Below are positions 27,204 to 40,873 of a stretch of DNA of 64,000 nt, in pieces. Made by a program: the position numbers and the translations under genes. Within the stretch, counting starts at the first letter, position 1, and each line of letters opens with the position of its first letter. The notes under the pieces were generated by a model. That model was not told where the DNA came from, did no database searches, and saw nothing but the letters and a program-made list of their open reading frames with translations. Source of the DNA: Octopus vulgaris (lineage: Eukaryota); assembly GCA_951406725.2 (NCBI GenBank), contig OX597815.1, forward strand, positions 4,588,001-4,652,000, given 5' to 3'.

Positions 27204-27863
27204 TGTGTGCGTGTGAAATTTATTCCAGAAATGTATTTTTCATGGAACAGTGATTGTGGTGAACAGGTCACAGTTAATGGTGTTGAGAATTTCGATAGCA
27301 AATAATGTCTAATTTAAGAGTTTCTGTTTCTGAATGGCTAAAATGTATCTTCCATGTAGATTATACTTTCTTATATTTAAAGTTATTTCCATTCCTCTGA
27401 TCCATGCCATGTATTGCATAAAATACATATTGTTTAATTAATGACGAAACATCAAAGTATAAATATGCAAATGAACCCGCCCACTATGGTGTTAGCTTTA
27501 TCTTAGGCTGCTTTGTATAGAAACTGAATATTCTATGCTATTGATTGAGGAAGGAAGCCTGGTGAAGTGATCAATTAATCATGAAATGGTCGATCAGACG
27601 GCCTCCCCCCCCTACACCCTTTTTTTCACTCATAAAAATCAAAGAAAGAATTTACATTCTCATAAATTCTTTCACAGCTAGGCTTTCTTATGTCCAAAGA
27701 GTCCACACCTTTACCTTTTGTCTTTTACTTGTTTCAGTCATTGCACTGTGGCCATGCTGGGGCACCACCTTGTAGGAATTTAATTGACCCCAGTACATAC
27801 TGTCTTTTAAGTCTGGTACTTCTTCAAATGGACAGTCTCTTTTGCTGAACCACTATCATCATC

Positions 27864-28045
27864 ATCATTGTTCAATCATGGTTGAGACAATGGAATTTAC
27901 TATATTACGCCAGACTTCAAGGTCCATCATAGCATTACGGAGGTCCTGTTGCTGGATGCCTGTATCCCTGGAGATTACATCAGAGTAGGAGAGTGTGCGC
28001 CCTCTGGTAACGCGTGCAGATGGCTTCCAGAGGAGAAGAGTAGAA
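27864..28045 (-). mobile_element. RTE LINE 3' terminal fragment
   Basis: LLLWKPSARVTRGRTLSYSDVISRDTG..LRNAMMD.EVWRNIV* followed by a (TGA)n tail. Confidence 0.7.
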
Positions 28046-28760
28046 ATTACTAAGTTATGGGATGTAAACACACCAGCACCGGTTGTCCAGTGGTGGTGAG
28101 GGAATACACAGACACAAAGAACCACACACTCACAGATATCATCATCATCATCATCAACATCATCGATTAATGTCCACTTTCCATGCTGGCATGGGTTAGA
28201 CGGTTTGACTGAGGACTAGCAAGTCAGGTTCCAATCTGATCTGGCAAGGTTCCTACAGCTGGATGTCTTTCCTAATGCCAACCACTCCGAGAATGTAGTG
28301 GGTGCTTTTCACATGCTACCTGCATGGGAGCCAGTCAGATGGCACTGGCATCAACCATGTTCAGATGGTGCTTTTTACGTGCCACTGGCATGGGAGCCAG
28401 TCAGGCGGCACTGGCATCGACCACTTGGCACTGGCATCATATCTCCATATATACTACGAGCTTCTTTCTGTTTCTGTCTACAAATCCACTCACAAGCCCT
28501 TTGGTCATCTCGAAGACTATAGTAGAAGACACTTGCCCAAGGTGCCATGCAGTGGTGGGACTGAACCCAGGACCATGTGGTTGGGAAGCAAACTTCTTAC
28601 TACAGGGCCACAAAAAATTCTTTCATCCATGAAAACAGACAGAAAGAAACAACATGAGGAATTTAAAACATAAACGGTTGCAATTTGAAAAAGAAACTAA
28701 AAGAAAATTCCAAGATTCCTGATGTGAAACTGTGTTGAAACGGTTATGGTTGTATTTCAG

Positions 28761-28863
28761 GATGGCGCTAAGGATAGACATCTTAGAAGAACAGAACGGA
28801 GTAAGAAGAGCAAGAACACACACGAAAATGAAAAGTGTCACTGAAGAGGTCACAGATGTGTGA
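28761..28863 (+). CDS. Candidate terminal exon ending in a class I PDZ-binding motif
   Basis: tgtatttcag|G ATG GCG ... GAT GTG TGA encodes MALRIDILEEQNGVRRARTHTKMKSVTEEVTDV*, followed by UTR-like unique A-rich sequence. Confidence 0.4.
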
Positions 28864-31101
28864 CGAAAGATTTCCGGGCAATTCACATGAGTTAGAATAA
28901 GAACAGTAGTAAACGAGTGAAGAAAATATATATATAGTATACGTGTTTATTTGGCAAAAAGAAAAAAAGATGACCATCTCAAAGCTAAAAGAAATTTGTT
29001 GAAAATTATAAAAACAATAACAAAATTACTAGCAATAATAAGTAAGTGATCTTTTGCTTGCATTGCAAGTCAAAGTGATGTATTAGACATGAGTTACCTC
29101 CAGATAAGTGGAAAAGTGTGGAAAAGGCATTTTAAAAATACTCATTCCTGAACATTTTGTCTATGAAAGAGCAATGTAACATGCCTTCATTTTGTAAAGA
29201 TCAGAGTGAGTTTCCAAATGGCCCCTGGAAAAGGAGCTGAAGGGAGCTTTGGTCATTACTTGGTAAGATGTATTCCCTCTTGACTTGAGCAGGGTTTATT
29301 AAAAAATGTGTTGAGGGGGTTTTTGTCTTGCAAGGCACTTGGTGACTCCGTTGGTGCTGGTGCTATGTAGAAAGCACCCACACACTCTGTAAAGTGGTTG
29401 ACATTAGGAGAGGCATCCAGGTTCCATTGTCAACTGACAATGGAACCTGGTGAGGCACCTGGCCTTACCATCTCTGGTCAAGCTGTCCAACCCATGCCAG
29501 CAAGGAAAGTGGATGTTAAATGACGATGATGATGCATATGTGATCAAAAACCAAAGATGAGGGGAGAAGGCAAGCAGGGATCCTGTGATCCCTTCAGGAC
29601 AATAGAGGGGCATGGCACAGGGGCAGAGAAAATGCAAGAGTTTCTGCCCTAGACATTGATGCTAGTGTGACCCCTTGGCTCTTTGACACCTTTGTAGTGT
29701 CAGTCAGAGATGGTGAATGGAAAAAGTGCCCCACAATACCAAGTGGTCAGCTGGGAGAATATCAAGGTGAGTATGAATATGCTGAAGTTAGGATTTAACC
29801 GGTCCAACCCTGACCCTCACTATGAGACAGCCTCTTCAATGGGAATAAGGAATTTGACGATGATCAGAATAATAATGAGTTGATGACAACAATGATAATG
29901 AGTTTGTTGATGATGAAGTTGGTGATAACAATGAAGATGATGATGATGTTGATGATGACGACGATGATGGTAGTGCTGCTGCTGCAGATGATGATGATGA
30001 CGACAACGATGATGATGGTAGTGATGATGATGATGATGATGATGATGATGACAACGATGGTAGTGATGATGTGATGACTGTGGTGGTGGGGATGAAGATA
30101 ATAATAATAATGATAACAGTGATGATGATGATGATGATGATGACGACGTCAACAACAACACCCACAACGATGACATATAATGAACTCCTTGTATAGAGTG
30201 CTCAGGTGCAGATGATGCTTAAAATTTGTTACGAAATTAAGGAAGGGCGATTCTACATTGATGTAGAGTTACCAAAACCCCTTTGGAGATGTAAGTCACT
30301 TTGTAACAGTGAAAATGGTGGACGTAGACACAAAAAAAACAACAACAAAAAAAAAAAACAAAAAGAAAAAAAACCCATCTCAAGTTCATTTCAGACAGCA
30401 TTTACCAAAAAAAGCGAAAGAAAAAAGAAAGAATCCACGTGTGTCTGGCAAGAATCGGATTCCTGATTCCAAGCACATACCACTGCTGCGTACAAGATGG
30501 TCGTGTGCCACTTAGGAAACTAATACCAAACGCTTTTATTTGTATTGATTATCAATAGACAAATAAAGCACGTTCGGTCTTAAACACTAAATGCAACTTT
30601 CAATCAAATTCGCTGCCAAATTCTTCCATTAAAGACCAAAAAATACAAGAGATTTTTCTATTTTTTTCTATCTTCTACTTGTTTCAGTCATTGAGTGGTG
30701 GCCACGCTGGGGCACTGCCTTAGAGAATTATGTGTCGAAGGAATCAACACGAGAAATTATTTTTCTTAAAGTCTGGTTGCCAGCCTACCCTGGCACCTGT
30801 GCCAGTGGCACCTAAACAGCACCATCCATATGTGGCCGATGCCAGTGCCGGCTTGACTGGCTTCCATGTCGGTGGCAAGTAAAAACCACCAACCGATCGT
30901 GGCCATTGCCAGCCTCCCCTGGCACCTGTGCCGGTGGCACGTAAAAAGCACCCACTACACTCACGGAGTGGTTGGCGTTAGGAAGGGCATCCAGCTGTAG
31001 AAACTCTGCTAGATCAGACTGGAGCCTGGTGCAGGCCCCTGGCTTCCCAGACCCCGTTCGAACCGTCCAACCCATGCTAGCATGGAAAACGGACGTTAAA
31101 C

Positions 31102-31132
<31 letters not shown>

Positions 31133-32604
31133 GTGCTTGTTCTATTGGTCTCTTTTATCAAACCATTTAGTTGTGGGAACATAAACACACCAACACCTGT
31201 TGTCAAGAGGTGGTGGTGGTGGTACACGCATACACATAGGTGATGGGCTTCTTTCAGTTTCCGTCTACCAGATCCACTTTTAAAGCTTTGGTCAGCCCAA
31301 GGCTATAGAAGAAGACACTTGCCCAAGGTGCCACACAGTGAGATTGAACTCAGAACCATGTGTTTGGGGGGAAAACTTCTTACCACACAGCCATGCCAGC
31401 ACCTTCTTACATATAAATTCTTGTAATCTTTGACTGTTTTGATTCTGGTAATAAATGCAATAAGTATATTAATTAACTTAACGATGTGGTAATTAAATTG
31501 GTCGAGACAGTTGGCATATCTCATTTACAATGTCATTCTTCATAGTCTGGAACCAAAAGACATTTCTGCAGTTCTTTATTTTTCCCTCCCAACAATTCTG
31601 AAATTCCAAACTGGTGGATTTACTTGCAGAATTTTCGGTTATGAGTCCTGAGTTCAAATCCAGCTGAGGTCGACTTTGTGGAGGTTTTCTTTCCCTTTCT
31701 TTTCTTTTATTCTTCTACTTGTTTCAGTCATTGAACTGCGGCCATGCTGGGGCACCACCTTGAAGAATTTTAGTTGAATGAATCAATCCCGAAACTCATT
31801 TTTTTTTTAAAAGCCTGTTACTTATTCTACTTGTCTTATCTACTGAACGACCAAGCTACAGGGACATAAATACACCAACAACGGTTGTGAAGCAGTGAGG
31901 TGGGGGTATGTGTGGACAAACACTAACACACACACACACATACAGTGAGCTTGTTTCAGTTTCCATCTACCAAATCCACTCACAAGGCTTTGGTCGGCCT
32001 GAGCCTATAGTAGGAGACACTTGCCCAAGGTGCCATGCTGTGGGACTGAACCCGGAACCATGCTGTTGGGAAGCAAGTGTCTTACCGCACAGCCATGTCT
32101 GCAAGTAGAATTACTGTATTTCCATCTCTCCTAAATGTGTGGTCCCCTGTCTACATTAATAATCATCGTCGTCATCGTCGTCGTCGTTGTCATCGTCGTT
32201 GTCGTCGTCATTGTCATCGTCGTTGTCATCATCATCATCATCATCATTGTATTCATCATTGTCATCATCATCATCACCACCACCACCACCACCACCACCA
32301 CAACCACCACCATCGTCATCATCATCATTACCACCACCACAACCACCACCATCATCATCATCATCATCATCATCATCGTTATCATCGTCATCATCACCAC
32401 CACCACCACCACCATCATTGTCATCATCACCACCATCACCACCACCGTCGTCGTCATCATCATCATCATCACCACTATTACTAACACAGTGGTCAAAATG
32501 GTTTTATTCTTTTATTCTTTTACTTGTTTCAGTCATTTTGACTGCGGCCATGCTGGAGCACTTCCTTTAGGTGAACAAATCGACCCCAGGACTTATTCTT
32601 TGTA

Positions 32605-33372
32605 AGTAGATGTTTTCCACGAATTCCAACATTTGCCAATTTTGAGAGTAGGATATTATGGTCAACCCTGTCGAACGCTTTACTGAAGTCAAGGTATATG
32701 ACGTCAGAGTTCGAACCTGTTCCCAAGGCTTTGAGTACATCTTCAATGTGGTGTAAGAGCTGTGTTAGACAGTCCCTGCCACAGCGAAAGCCATGCTGAT
32801 TTGAATTTAGGAGTTTGTGGGTCTCCAGGAAGTCAGCTATCCTTGACCTTAACACTCTTTCAAACACTTTAATGATGTGGGAGGTGAGTGAGATTGGGCG
32901 ATAGTTGACTGCGAGGGATCTGCTACCCTGTTTGAAAACCGGGATGACCGACTGGGATAGAAACTGTTTCGGTATATAACCTGAGTCTAACGAATTTCTC
33001 CAGAGGTTGGTCAGAGGGACTGCAAGTTGGTGTCTACATTCCTTCAGGAGACTAGCGGGGAATCTATCAGGGCCTACAGCAGAGTAATATTTGACCTCAT
33101 TTATTGCTGCTATGATGTCAGTGGCAGTGAAGGTTATGTCTGAGATTTTATGTTGGGAGTCAACTTCGTTCGCTTCTCTTACGTCAATATCAGTGGGAGC
33201 ACTGAAGACAGAGCAGTATTGTTTCTGCAGGATTTTTGCCATTTCTTTAGCATCGTGTTGGGGAATGCCGTTATCATCGATCAATGGTCCAATGGGTGAG
33301 AAAGTGGTTCCATGCTTATTTGCATAAGAATAGAACACTTTTGGGTTCTGTTTGATGTTTTTGATTACCCAC
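32605..33372 (-). mobile_element. CR1/Jockey-group LINE reverse transcriptase fragment (open frame)
   Basis: KQNPKVFYSY..GPDRFP..NYRPISLTSHIIKVFER..QHGFR..DVIYLDFSKAFDRVDH. Confidence 0.92.
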
Positions 33373-34040
33373 TGAAAAATGTCACACCCTAGCAGTAGAG
33401 GGAACCTGTCGAAGAGGTAGACCCAGGAAGACCTGGGATGAGGTGGTGAAGGATGACCTTCAAACACTGAGCCTTACCAAAGCAATGACAAATGACCTTT
33501 GGAGATGTACTGTGCTTAAGAAGACCCAACAAGCCAAGTGAGACCATAACCGTGGCCTATGCCAGTGCAACATAACCAGCCCAATTAAGAGTACCCTTCA
33601 ATAAACTATGCTTGCGAAGACCTGTTGAGGCAAGTGAAATCGTTGCTGTGGCTGATGAAAGCACCCATGCCAGTGGAATGTTAAAATCACCATTCAAGTG
33701 TGGTCGATACCAGCATCAGTTGACTGACTCCTGTGTCAGTGGCACATAAGAAACACCATTTGAGCATGGTTGTTGTCAGTGCCGCTGGACTGGCTACTGT
33801 GCAGGTGGCACGTAAAAGCAACATTTGAGTGTGGCTGATGCCAGTACCGCTTGACTGGTCCTTGTGTCCGTGGCACATAAAAGCACTAACTATGCTCTCG
33901 GAAGAGCATCAAGCTTTAGAAACTCTACCAGATCAGATTGGAGCCTGGTGCAGCCTTCTGGCTTGCTAGTCCTCTGTCAAACCGTCCAACCCATGCCAGC
34001 ATGGAAAGTGAACGTTAAATGATGATGATGATGATGATGA
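33373..34040 (+). mobile_element. RTE 3' end plus family A tail
   Basis: gtagagggaacctgtcgaagaggtagacccaggaagacctgg (VEGTCRRGRPRKTW) continues into family A repeats and (GAT)n. Confidence 0.8.
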
Positions 34041-35989
34041 TATATATACATACACACTCATGTATGTACATATGTATTACATATGTATATATACATACAT
34101 ACATATATATATATATATACACACACACATACATATATACATATATATATGTGTGTAATGATGATGATGATAATGATGATGATAATGATGATGATGATGA
34201 TGATGATACATGTGTGTATGTGTATAATTACTTTAATTTCAATTTGCTTAAAGCTTTGATAATGAGTTAATACATTAATTTGATAACAAATTGATTGATA
34301 AAAATTTTGCGTTCTTTATATTTTTTTCTGCTTTTGTCTTTGTTGTTTTATCTAACGAGACTCTGGGTGTGTGGGTGTGTGGGTGTGCGAGGTAGGTGGG
34401 TGCATGGGTACGTGTGTGCATGTGTGAGTCTGTGTATCTACGTGTGTGTCTGCCTGTTTTCATGTGACTGTGTGTGTGTACATGTGGGTACATGTGAGTG
34501 TGAATGCGTATCTGTATGCTATTTTGTGAGTGTATCTCTGTATGAAAGACTCTGTGTGTGTGTGTGTACTTAATCAATGTGTGTGTATGTGTGCGCTGTT
34601 GCATACATGTGTGTGAGTATGTATACATGTGTTTGTCTTTGTTTAAGTGTATGTGTGTGAATATGTTTGTCTTTGTGTGTGTGTGTGTGTGTGTGTTTTA
34701 AGAAACCTCTAGATACCAGATACACGAATGTCTTTCTATCCGTTGATATCAAAACCATTTACCAAAGAAATCTAAATGTAAGGAATCAAATTCTCAACAT
34801 TTTGCTTGTCTTCCATTTTCTCCATCAACTTGGGTTTTATTGGTTTGCAAATCTATACACTCACAAGAATTCTTTAAACACATTTCTTCAGCAGTTGTAG
34901 AAACTATGAGAAAACAAACTATGGAACCTGGCACAGCCTCCTGTCCTTGCCAGCTCCTGTCAAAATGTCCAACCCATACCAGCATGGAAAACGGACATTA
35001 AGTATGAATATGATGATGATGATGATGGTGATGGTGATGATGATGATGATGATGATGATATATCATCACACACACATTTCTCTTCACAAATACTTGTAGC
35101 AAATCTTGCATGCTTGAAGTGGATTTGATCCACCACAGCCAAATTTAAATTAACACTGCTACAGAACTTTTCCCTCAATGGAACAATAGTTTTTCTCTGA
35201 CAGCAGTTTTTACATTTTCCAGATGCCTTTAGCTAAGCCGAAATAATGTCTTCATCACTTGACCCTTTCTAACCTCTTCTACTTCACTAAAAGCTAGAAT
35301 AGAGATAACAAGACCACCAACTAAATCTATTGTTCTCAATGATATATCTATCCTTCTGCATCTTTACATAAGCAAGCATATCCCAAGCAAAAATCAGTCA
35401 GTCACATCGGGACAACTCAACGAGGCCTGGCTGACCAACCTTGGTCAGAGAGAGAAAACAACTGTCAGACAACACCCAACACTTCTCTCTAGCTCTAATT
35501 CTGTTCTCTTACAACATCATTCTATCTCTCTCTCTGTAATTACTACTAAACAATGAAGAGGACACAATCACAAACTTTACTTCGCATGCTTTTGGATTTA
35601 TCATTAGCTGCCTGTCGAGGCAAGGTATTGTAACGTAACGGTAAATAAATATTTCCTTAAAACTTCCTGCATTGTTCATCTTTCACATCCTACAACATGC
35701 AATTAACAACAACAAATTTTTATCATCACAACTGCTGACCACAACAACATCACAATATTGTGTACCTAATCAAATCCCTGCCGTTACATACTCATCAGAC
35801 ACAGACAGTGCATCATTAGCCAGCTGGAGGAGATGCCTTCCCGGGGCTATAAGCAACAGTAGCATCGTCCTCTAGGGGACTTCCACATTTAGGCAGTAAA
35901 TATACTTCTTATTCCTTTAGTTTTACATTAACTTCCCCTTTAAGTATTGTCGGTCCTTCCTATCCTTCTTTCTTCCAATTATCACCCCT

Positions 35990-37720
35990 TCCCCATCAAG
36001 CGTTCCCTTTTTTACCACCCTAAGCCTTCCCCTTTGGTGTCAGACAAAGCTGGATATACCAGCAGAAGTAGGCGCTCTCTGCCTATTCTCATCCTAGCAA
36101 CTACACTCTTGGAGAATCCACCTCTGCTACTGACTTGGTCACCTAGGTAACAGAAGCTATCAACTATTTCTAGTTTCCCCCCTGACATTTGATGGAATTT
36201 ATCTCCAGTACATTCTTAGTGTTAATTCTACCTGTGCACCTTCCACACACAAAAACTATTTCCCCTGTTAGCCTCCCTCTGATAATGCTGCACCTCTTAT
36301 GTGTCCATAACTCACACCAGGTACATTGTATGCAGTTTCTACCCATGCCTTTTCTACAGATCAAGCAAGATTATCTACCTGAAGGGATTTGTGATCTGTT
36401 TGCTCTCCTACTTACAAAGACTTTGGTTTTTGCTAGATCATCTCTAAGGCCTTTTGATTCTACACCTTGCTTTCACGCCTGAGATCTCTTTTCTAGTTCT
36501 AGTAGTGATTCAGCTATAAGAACAAGGTTGTCAGCATAGAGGAGCTCTCAGGGGCAGCCTGTCTTAAATTCATGTTATAGCCTGGAGAACTAGGATGAAC
36601 AAGAAGGGGCTGAGAACTGATCTTTGGCGAACCCCTACTTATACCTTGAAATCCTTGCTATACTCATTATTAACCTTCACCTTACTGACAGCATCCCTGT
36701 ACATGGCTTGTACAACTCTCACCAACCACTCATCTATCCCTAGCTCCCGCATTGGCCACTAGTTAAGGGAGTCGGGGACCCTGTCAAAGGCCTTCTCAAT
36801 CTCAGCAAAAGCCAGATACAGGGGTTTATTGTTGGCTAGATATTTTTCCTGAAGTTGCCCAACCAGGAATATAGTATCAGTTGTGGTCCAGTTTGGTACA
36901 AATCCAAACTGCAAGTCATCTACATTAATTGTCTCCTTAATTAATTGCGCTGTGACCCTTTCTGTAACTTCCGTCACCTGGTCCTGCAGTTTGATGCCTC
37001 TGTGATTATTCCTGTCTTAAGGCATCACCTTTGCATTTGTGGCATTTGACGATGATGCTGCTATACCAATCGTTGGCTGTGACTCCTTCAAGGACAACCT
37101 GATTAACTATAAGGAAGTCTAGACTGTATCTTACTCCACCAGATATTTTAATCATCTCAGGGGAGATTCCGGATGGGCTGGGGGCTTTCCCTGTCTTCAT
37201 GTCCTTAATTGCTTTATCTACTCAGCTACTGTCGATTCAGATAGCTGCTCCCTCAATCAGGTCAACATTCGGCAGACTCTCCTTCTCCCATTCATTTTCC
37301 ACATTTAACAGCCTTTCATAATTATTTCTTTACTACCCATAAGGGGCTAAACACAGAGGGGACAAACAAGGACAGATATCGACCCCAGGACGTAACTGGT
37401 ACTTAATTTATCGACCCCGAAAGGATGAAAGGCAAAGTCGACCTCGGCGGAATTTGAACTCAGAACGTAACAGCAGATGAAATACGGCTACGCATTTCGC
37501 CCGGCGTGCTAACGTTTCTGCCAGCTCGCCGCCTTTCATAATGGTGTTTCCAAGCCCTCTTTCTTTGCAGAATCATTAAATGCAAGGGCACCATCATCCA
37601 TGCAGACACATTTCCTTCTCCAATGGCATCACGATTTTCTTTCACACACTCTCTTGCAATCCAAACCACTTCCAGTCTCTCGTCCTCACGTCACAGAACA
37701 TAGACAAACTTCTTTTCTGC
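35990..37720 (-). mobile_element. Decayed RTE-clade LINE ORF2
   Basis: MKTGKAP.PSGI..QFGFVP..TTDTIF..QLQEKY..AFAEIEKAFDRVP..LLYADNL, plus a Cys-rich insert (CIQCTWCELWTHKRCS); many stops. Confidence 0.88.
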
Positions 37721-40474
37721 TTATACACACACAATGAAACCTTATGAATGCCTCTCATCATCACAAACAAATCGGTTTACGAACAATTTTTCAAATGTAA
37801 AGCATCTCTGGTGACAAACACTGTCTCGAGTGACGAATGTGCAAAGCTGGCCTTGTGAGTTGTTGAGAAGCTGAGAGATGCTGTCTGGCTTTCTTCCTTC
37901 AGTGCAAATCCCTGCTTGAATTCGCTGTGCCTCCTCGAATTTCACATGGGAAGAAATAGTTTTGGCTGAGGAATGGCCTTCCGGAATTAATTAAATTCGT
38001 AAACTGAGGCTCAACATTATATATCTAACTATATGGGAAGCTTCTTTCAGTTTCCATCAACTAAATACCGTTATGGCCGTTGCCAGCCTCGCCTGGCCCC
38101 TGTGCCGGTGGCACATAAAAAGCACAATCCGATCGTGGCCGTTTGCCAGACTTGTCTGGCACCTGTGCCGGTGGCATGTAAAAGCACTCACTACACTCAT
38201 GGAGTGGTTGGTTAGGAAGGGCATCCAGCCGTAGAAACATTGCCAGATCAAACTGGGCCTGGTGCAGCCTTCTGGCTTCACAGACCCCAGTTGAACCGTC
38301 CAACCCATGCCAGCATGGAAAGCGGACGCTAAATGATGATGATGATGATGATGAAATACATTCACAAACCTTTGGTTGATCTGATGCTAGAGTAAAAAAA
38401 ATATTCGTCCAAGGTTCTGTGTGGTGGAATTGAACCCAAAAACATATGATCGAGAAATGAACTTTTTAACAACACATGTACACTTGCTATTGTTCGCAAG
38501 CTGCGATATAAAAAAAAAAAAAATAGATAAAACTTTATTTCCTTGTCTCGTGAGATGTGAAGGACAAAGCAGACATGTTCAGGGCAAGGGAGATAATTCA
38601 GTCAGAACTAAACACCAATTTGGTAGAATGGTTCATGACAGACAAATACTCTTTTAGTTGTTTCAGTCATTTGACTGCGGCCATGCTGGAGCACCGCCTT
38701 TAGTCGAACAAATGGACTCCAGGACTTATTCTTTGTAAGCCTAGTACTTATTCTATCGGTCTCTTTTGCCGAACCGTTAAGTTACGGGGACGTAAACACA
38801 CCAGCATTTGTTGTCAAGCGATGTTGGGTGAACAGACACACAAGCACACACACACACATGTATATATATAAGATGGGCTTCTTTCAGTTTCCGCCTACAA
38901 AATCCACTCACAAGGCTTTGGTCGGTCTGAGGCTATAGTAGAAGACACTTACCCAAGGTGCCACGCAGTGGGAATGAACCCGGAACCATGTGGTTGGTAA
39001 GCAAGCTACTTACCACACAGCCACCCCTACGCCTATAGTTCAGAGCAGACAAATGGTTCTCGACCATTTTTTCACGCTGGACCCCTTCCGTTCCTGTTTA
39101 GCTCGGTTCAACCCACAAAATAATCTGATGTTTAAAAATCCCATCATATTTTTAGACTATAATAGGAATTGCATGAAAACAAATTCTTAAAATATTTTGT
39201 GCTTTATTGGAGAAATATAACAAATTTATTCTTTTCTACTGTAGGGACAAGGACCTAAATTTTGATGGCGGGGAGGGGGGCAGTCAATTAGATCGACCCA
39301 GTACGCAGCTGGTACTCAATTTATTGACCAACAAAAGGATGAAAAGAAAATCGACTTCTGTGGAATTATGCATTTCACCTGGTGTGCTAACGTTTCTTAT
39401 TTCTTTATTACCCACAAGGGGCTAAACATAGAGGGGACAAACATGAACAGACAAAGGGATTAAGTCGATTACATCAACCCCAGTGCGTAACTGGTACTTA
39501 TTTAATCGACCCCGAAAAGATGAAAGGCAAAGTTGAGCTCGGCGGAATTTGAACTCAGAACGTAGCGACAGACGAAATACCCATCTCTTTACTACCCACA
39601 AGGGGCTAAACACAGAGAGGACAGACAAAGGGATTAAGTCGATTACATCGACCCCAGTGCGTAACTGGTACTTATTTAATCGACTCCGAAAGGATGAAAG
39701 GCAAAGTCGACCTCAGCGGAATTTGAACAGAGAACTTAGCGGCAGACGAAATACCTATTTCTTTATTACCCACAAGGGGCTAAACACAGAGAGGACAAAC
39801 AAGGACAGACAAACGCATTAAGTCGATTATATCGACCCCAGTGCATAACTGGTACTTATTTAATCGACCCCGAAAGGATGAAAGGCAAAGTCGACCTCGG
39901 CGGAATTTGAACTCAGAACATAGCAGCAGACGAAATACCGCTAAGCATTTCACCTGGTGTGCTAACGTTTCTGCCAGCTCACCACCTGTAGATATATAAC
40001 CAATTTAATGGAATCCATGTAACCATAGATTGTCTCTTGTTATTCCTCAAAGTGGGTTCACATCCCACCGAGGCTGACTTTGCTTGTCATCTCATCGATC
40101 GGAGTTAATCAAATGTGCAGATGGTGGTGTGCCTGAGGCTTCTTTAAGCAAAGTGACTTTGGCTGAGAATTCTCAATGAATCTTTTTAAGTGTTGCTTGT
40201 GCTTTAAGGGGGATTGAGAAGAAAACCCCTGAGGCAGGTTACCTGGTTCCATGGGACACAAGTGACCAAGATCACAAGATTCTCCCTCGTATGGGATGCC
40301 AGTCCATTAATGGGTTCACAGCATATAGTGTAGTGGTTAAGAGCGCGGGATACTAACCCCAAGATTCTGAGTTCGATTCCAGGCAGTGAGCTGAATAATA
40401 ATAATAATGATAATAATAATAATAATATCGAAAAATACCTTAGGAATGAGAACTCAGGTTCAAAATTTCACTAA

Positions 40475-40520
40475 GACACCTGATGAAGGCTGGAGGGTAT
40501 ATCAGCCGAAACGTTGTGTT
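40475..40520 (+). ncRNA. Minimal type I hammerhead ribozyme motif
   Basis: GACAC-CUGAUGA-A-GGCUG(GAGGGUAUAU)CAGCC-GAAA-CG-UU^GUGUU; palindromic AACGUU stem III. Confidence 0.75.
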
Positions 40521-40827
40521 AACAACAAACAAGATGAGGACAAATATCCATCAAATGTAAATAATGTAAATAATTCCTCATCTCTTAAATATAGAATTGA
40601 ATAATAATAATAATAGTAATAATAATAGGAGTGAAAACTATTGAAAAGGTTGCAAGATGCAACGAAAATTTTAGAAAAATAGAGAGAAATAAATGGAAAT
40701 TTTATTGGTGAGTGTGTTAGATTATAATGCATCAAAAGAGAATGACTCTCTCCAGACACAACAGAATAATAATAATAACATTGAAAAATACCTTAGGAAT
40801 GAGAACCCAGGTTTGAAATTTTCCCAA

Positions 40828-40873
40828 GACACCTGAAGAAGGCTGGAGGGTATATCAGCCGAAACGTTGTATT
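40828..40873 (+). ncRNA. Minimal type I hammerhead ribozyme motif (second copy)
   Basis: GACAC-CUGAAGA-A-GGCUG..CAGCC-GAAA-CG-UU^GUAUU; one stem I mismatch. Confidence 0.65.

Noticed and set aside
32529-33467. 312-aa ORF as a host gene
   Set aside because: It is a LINE RT fragment fused by chance to antisense RTE and SINE sequence.
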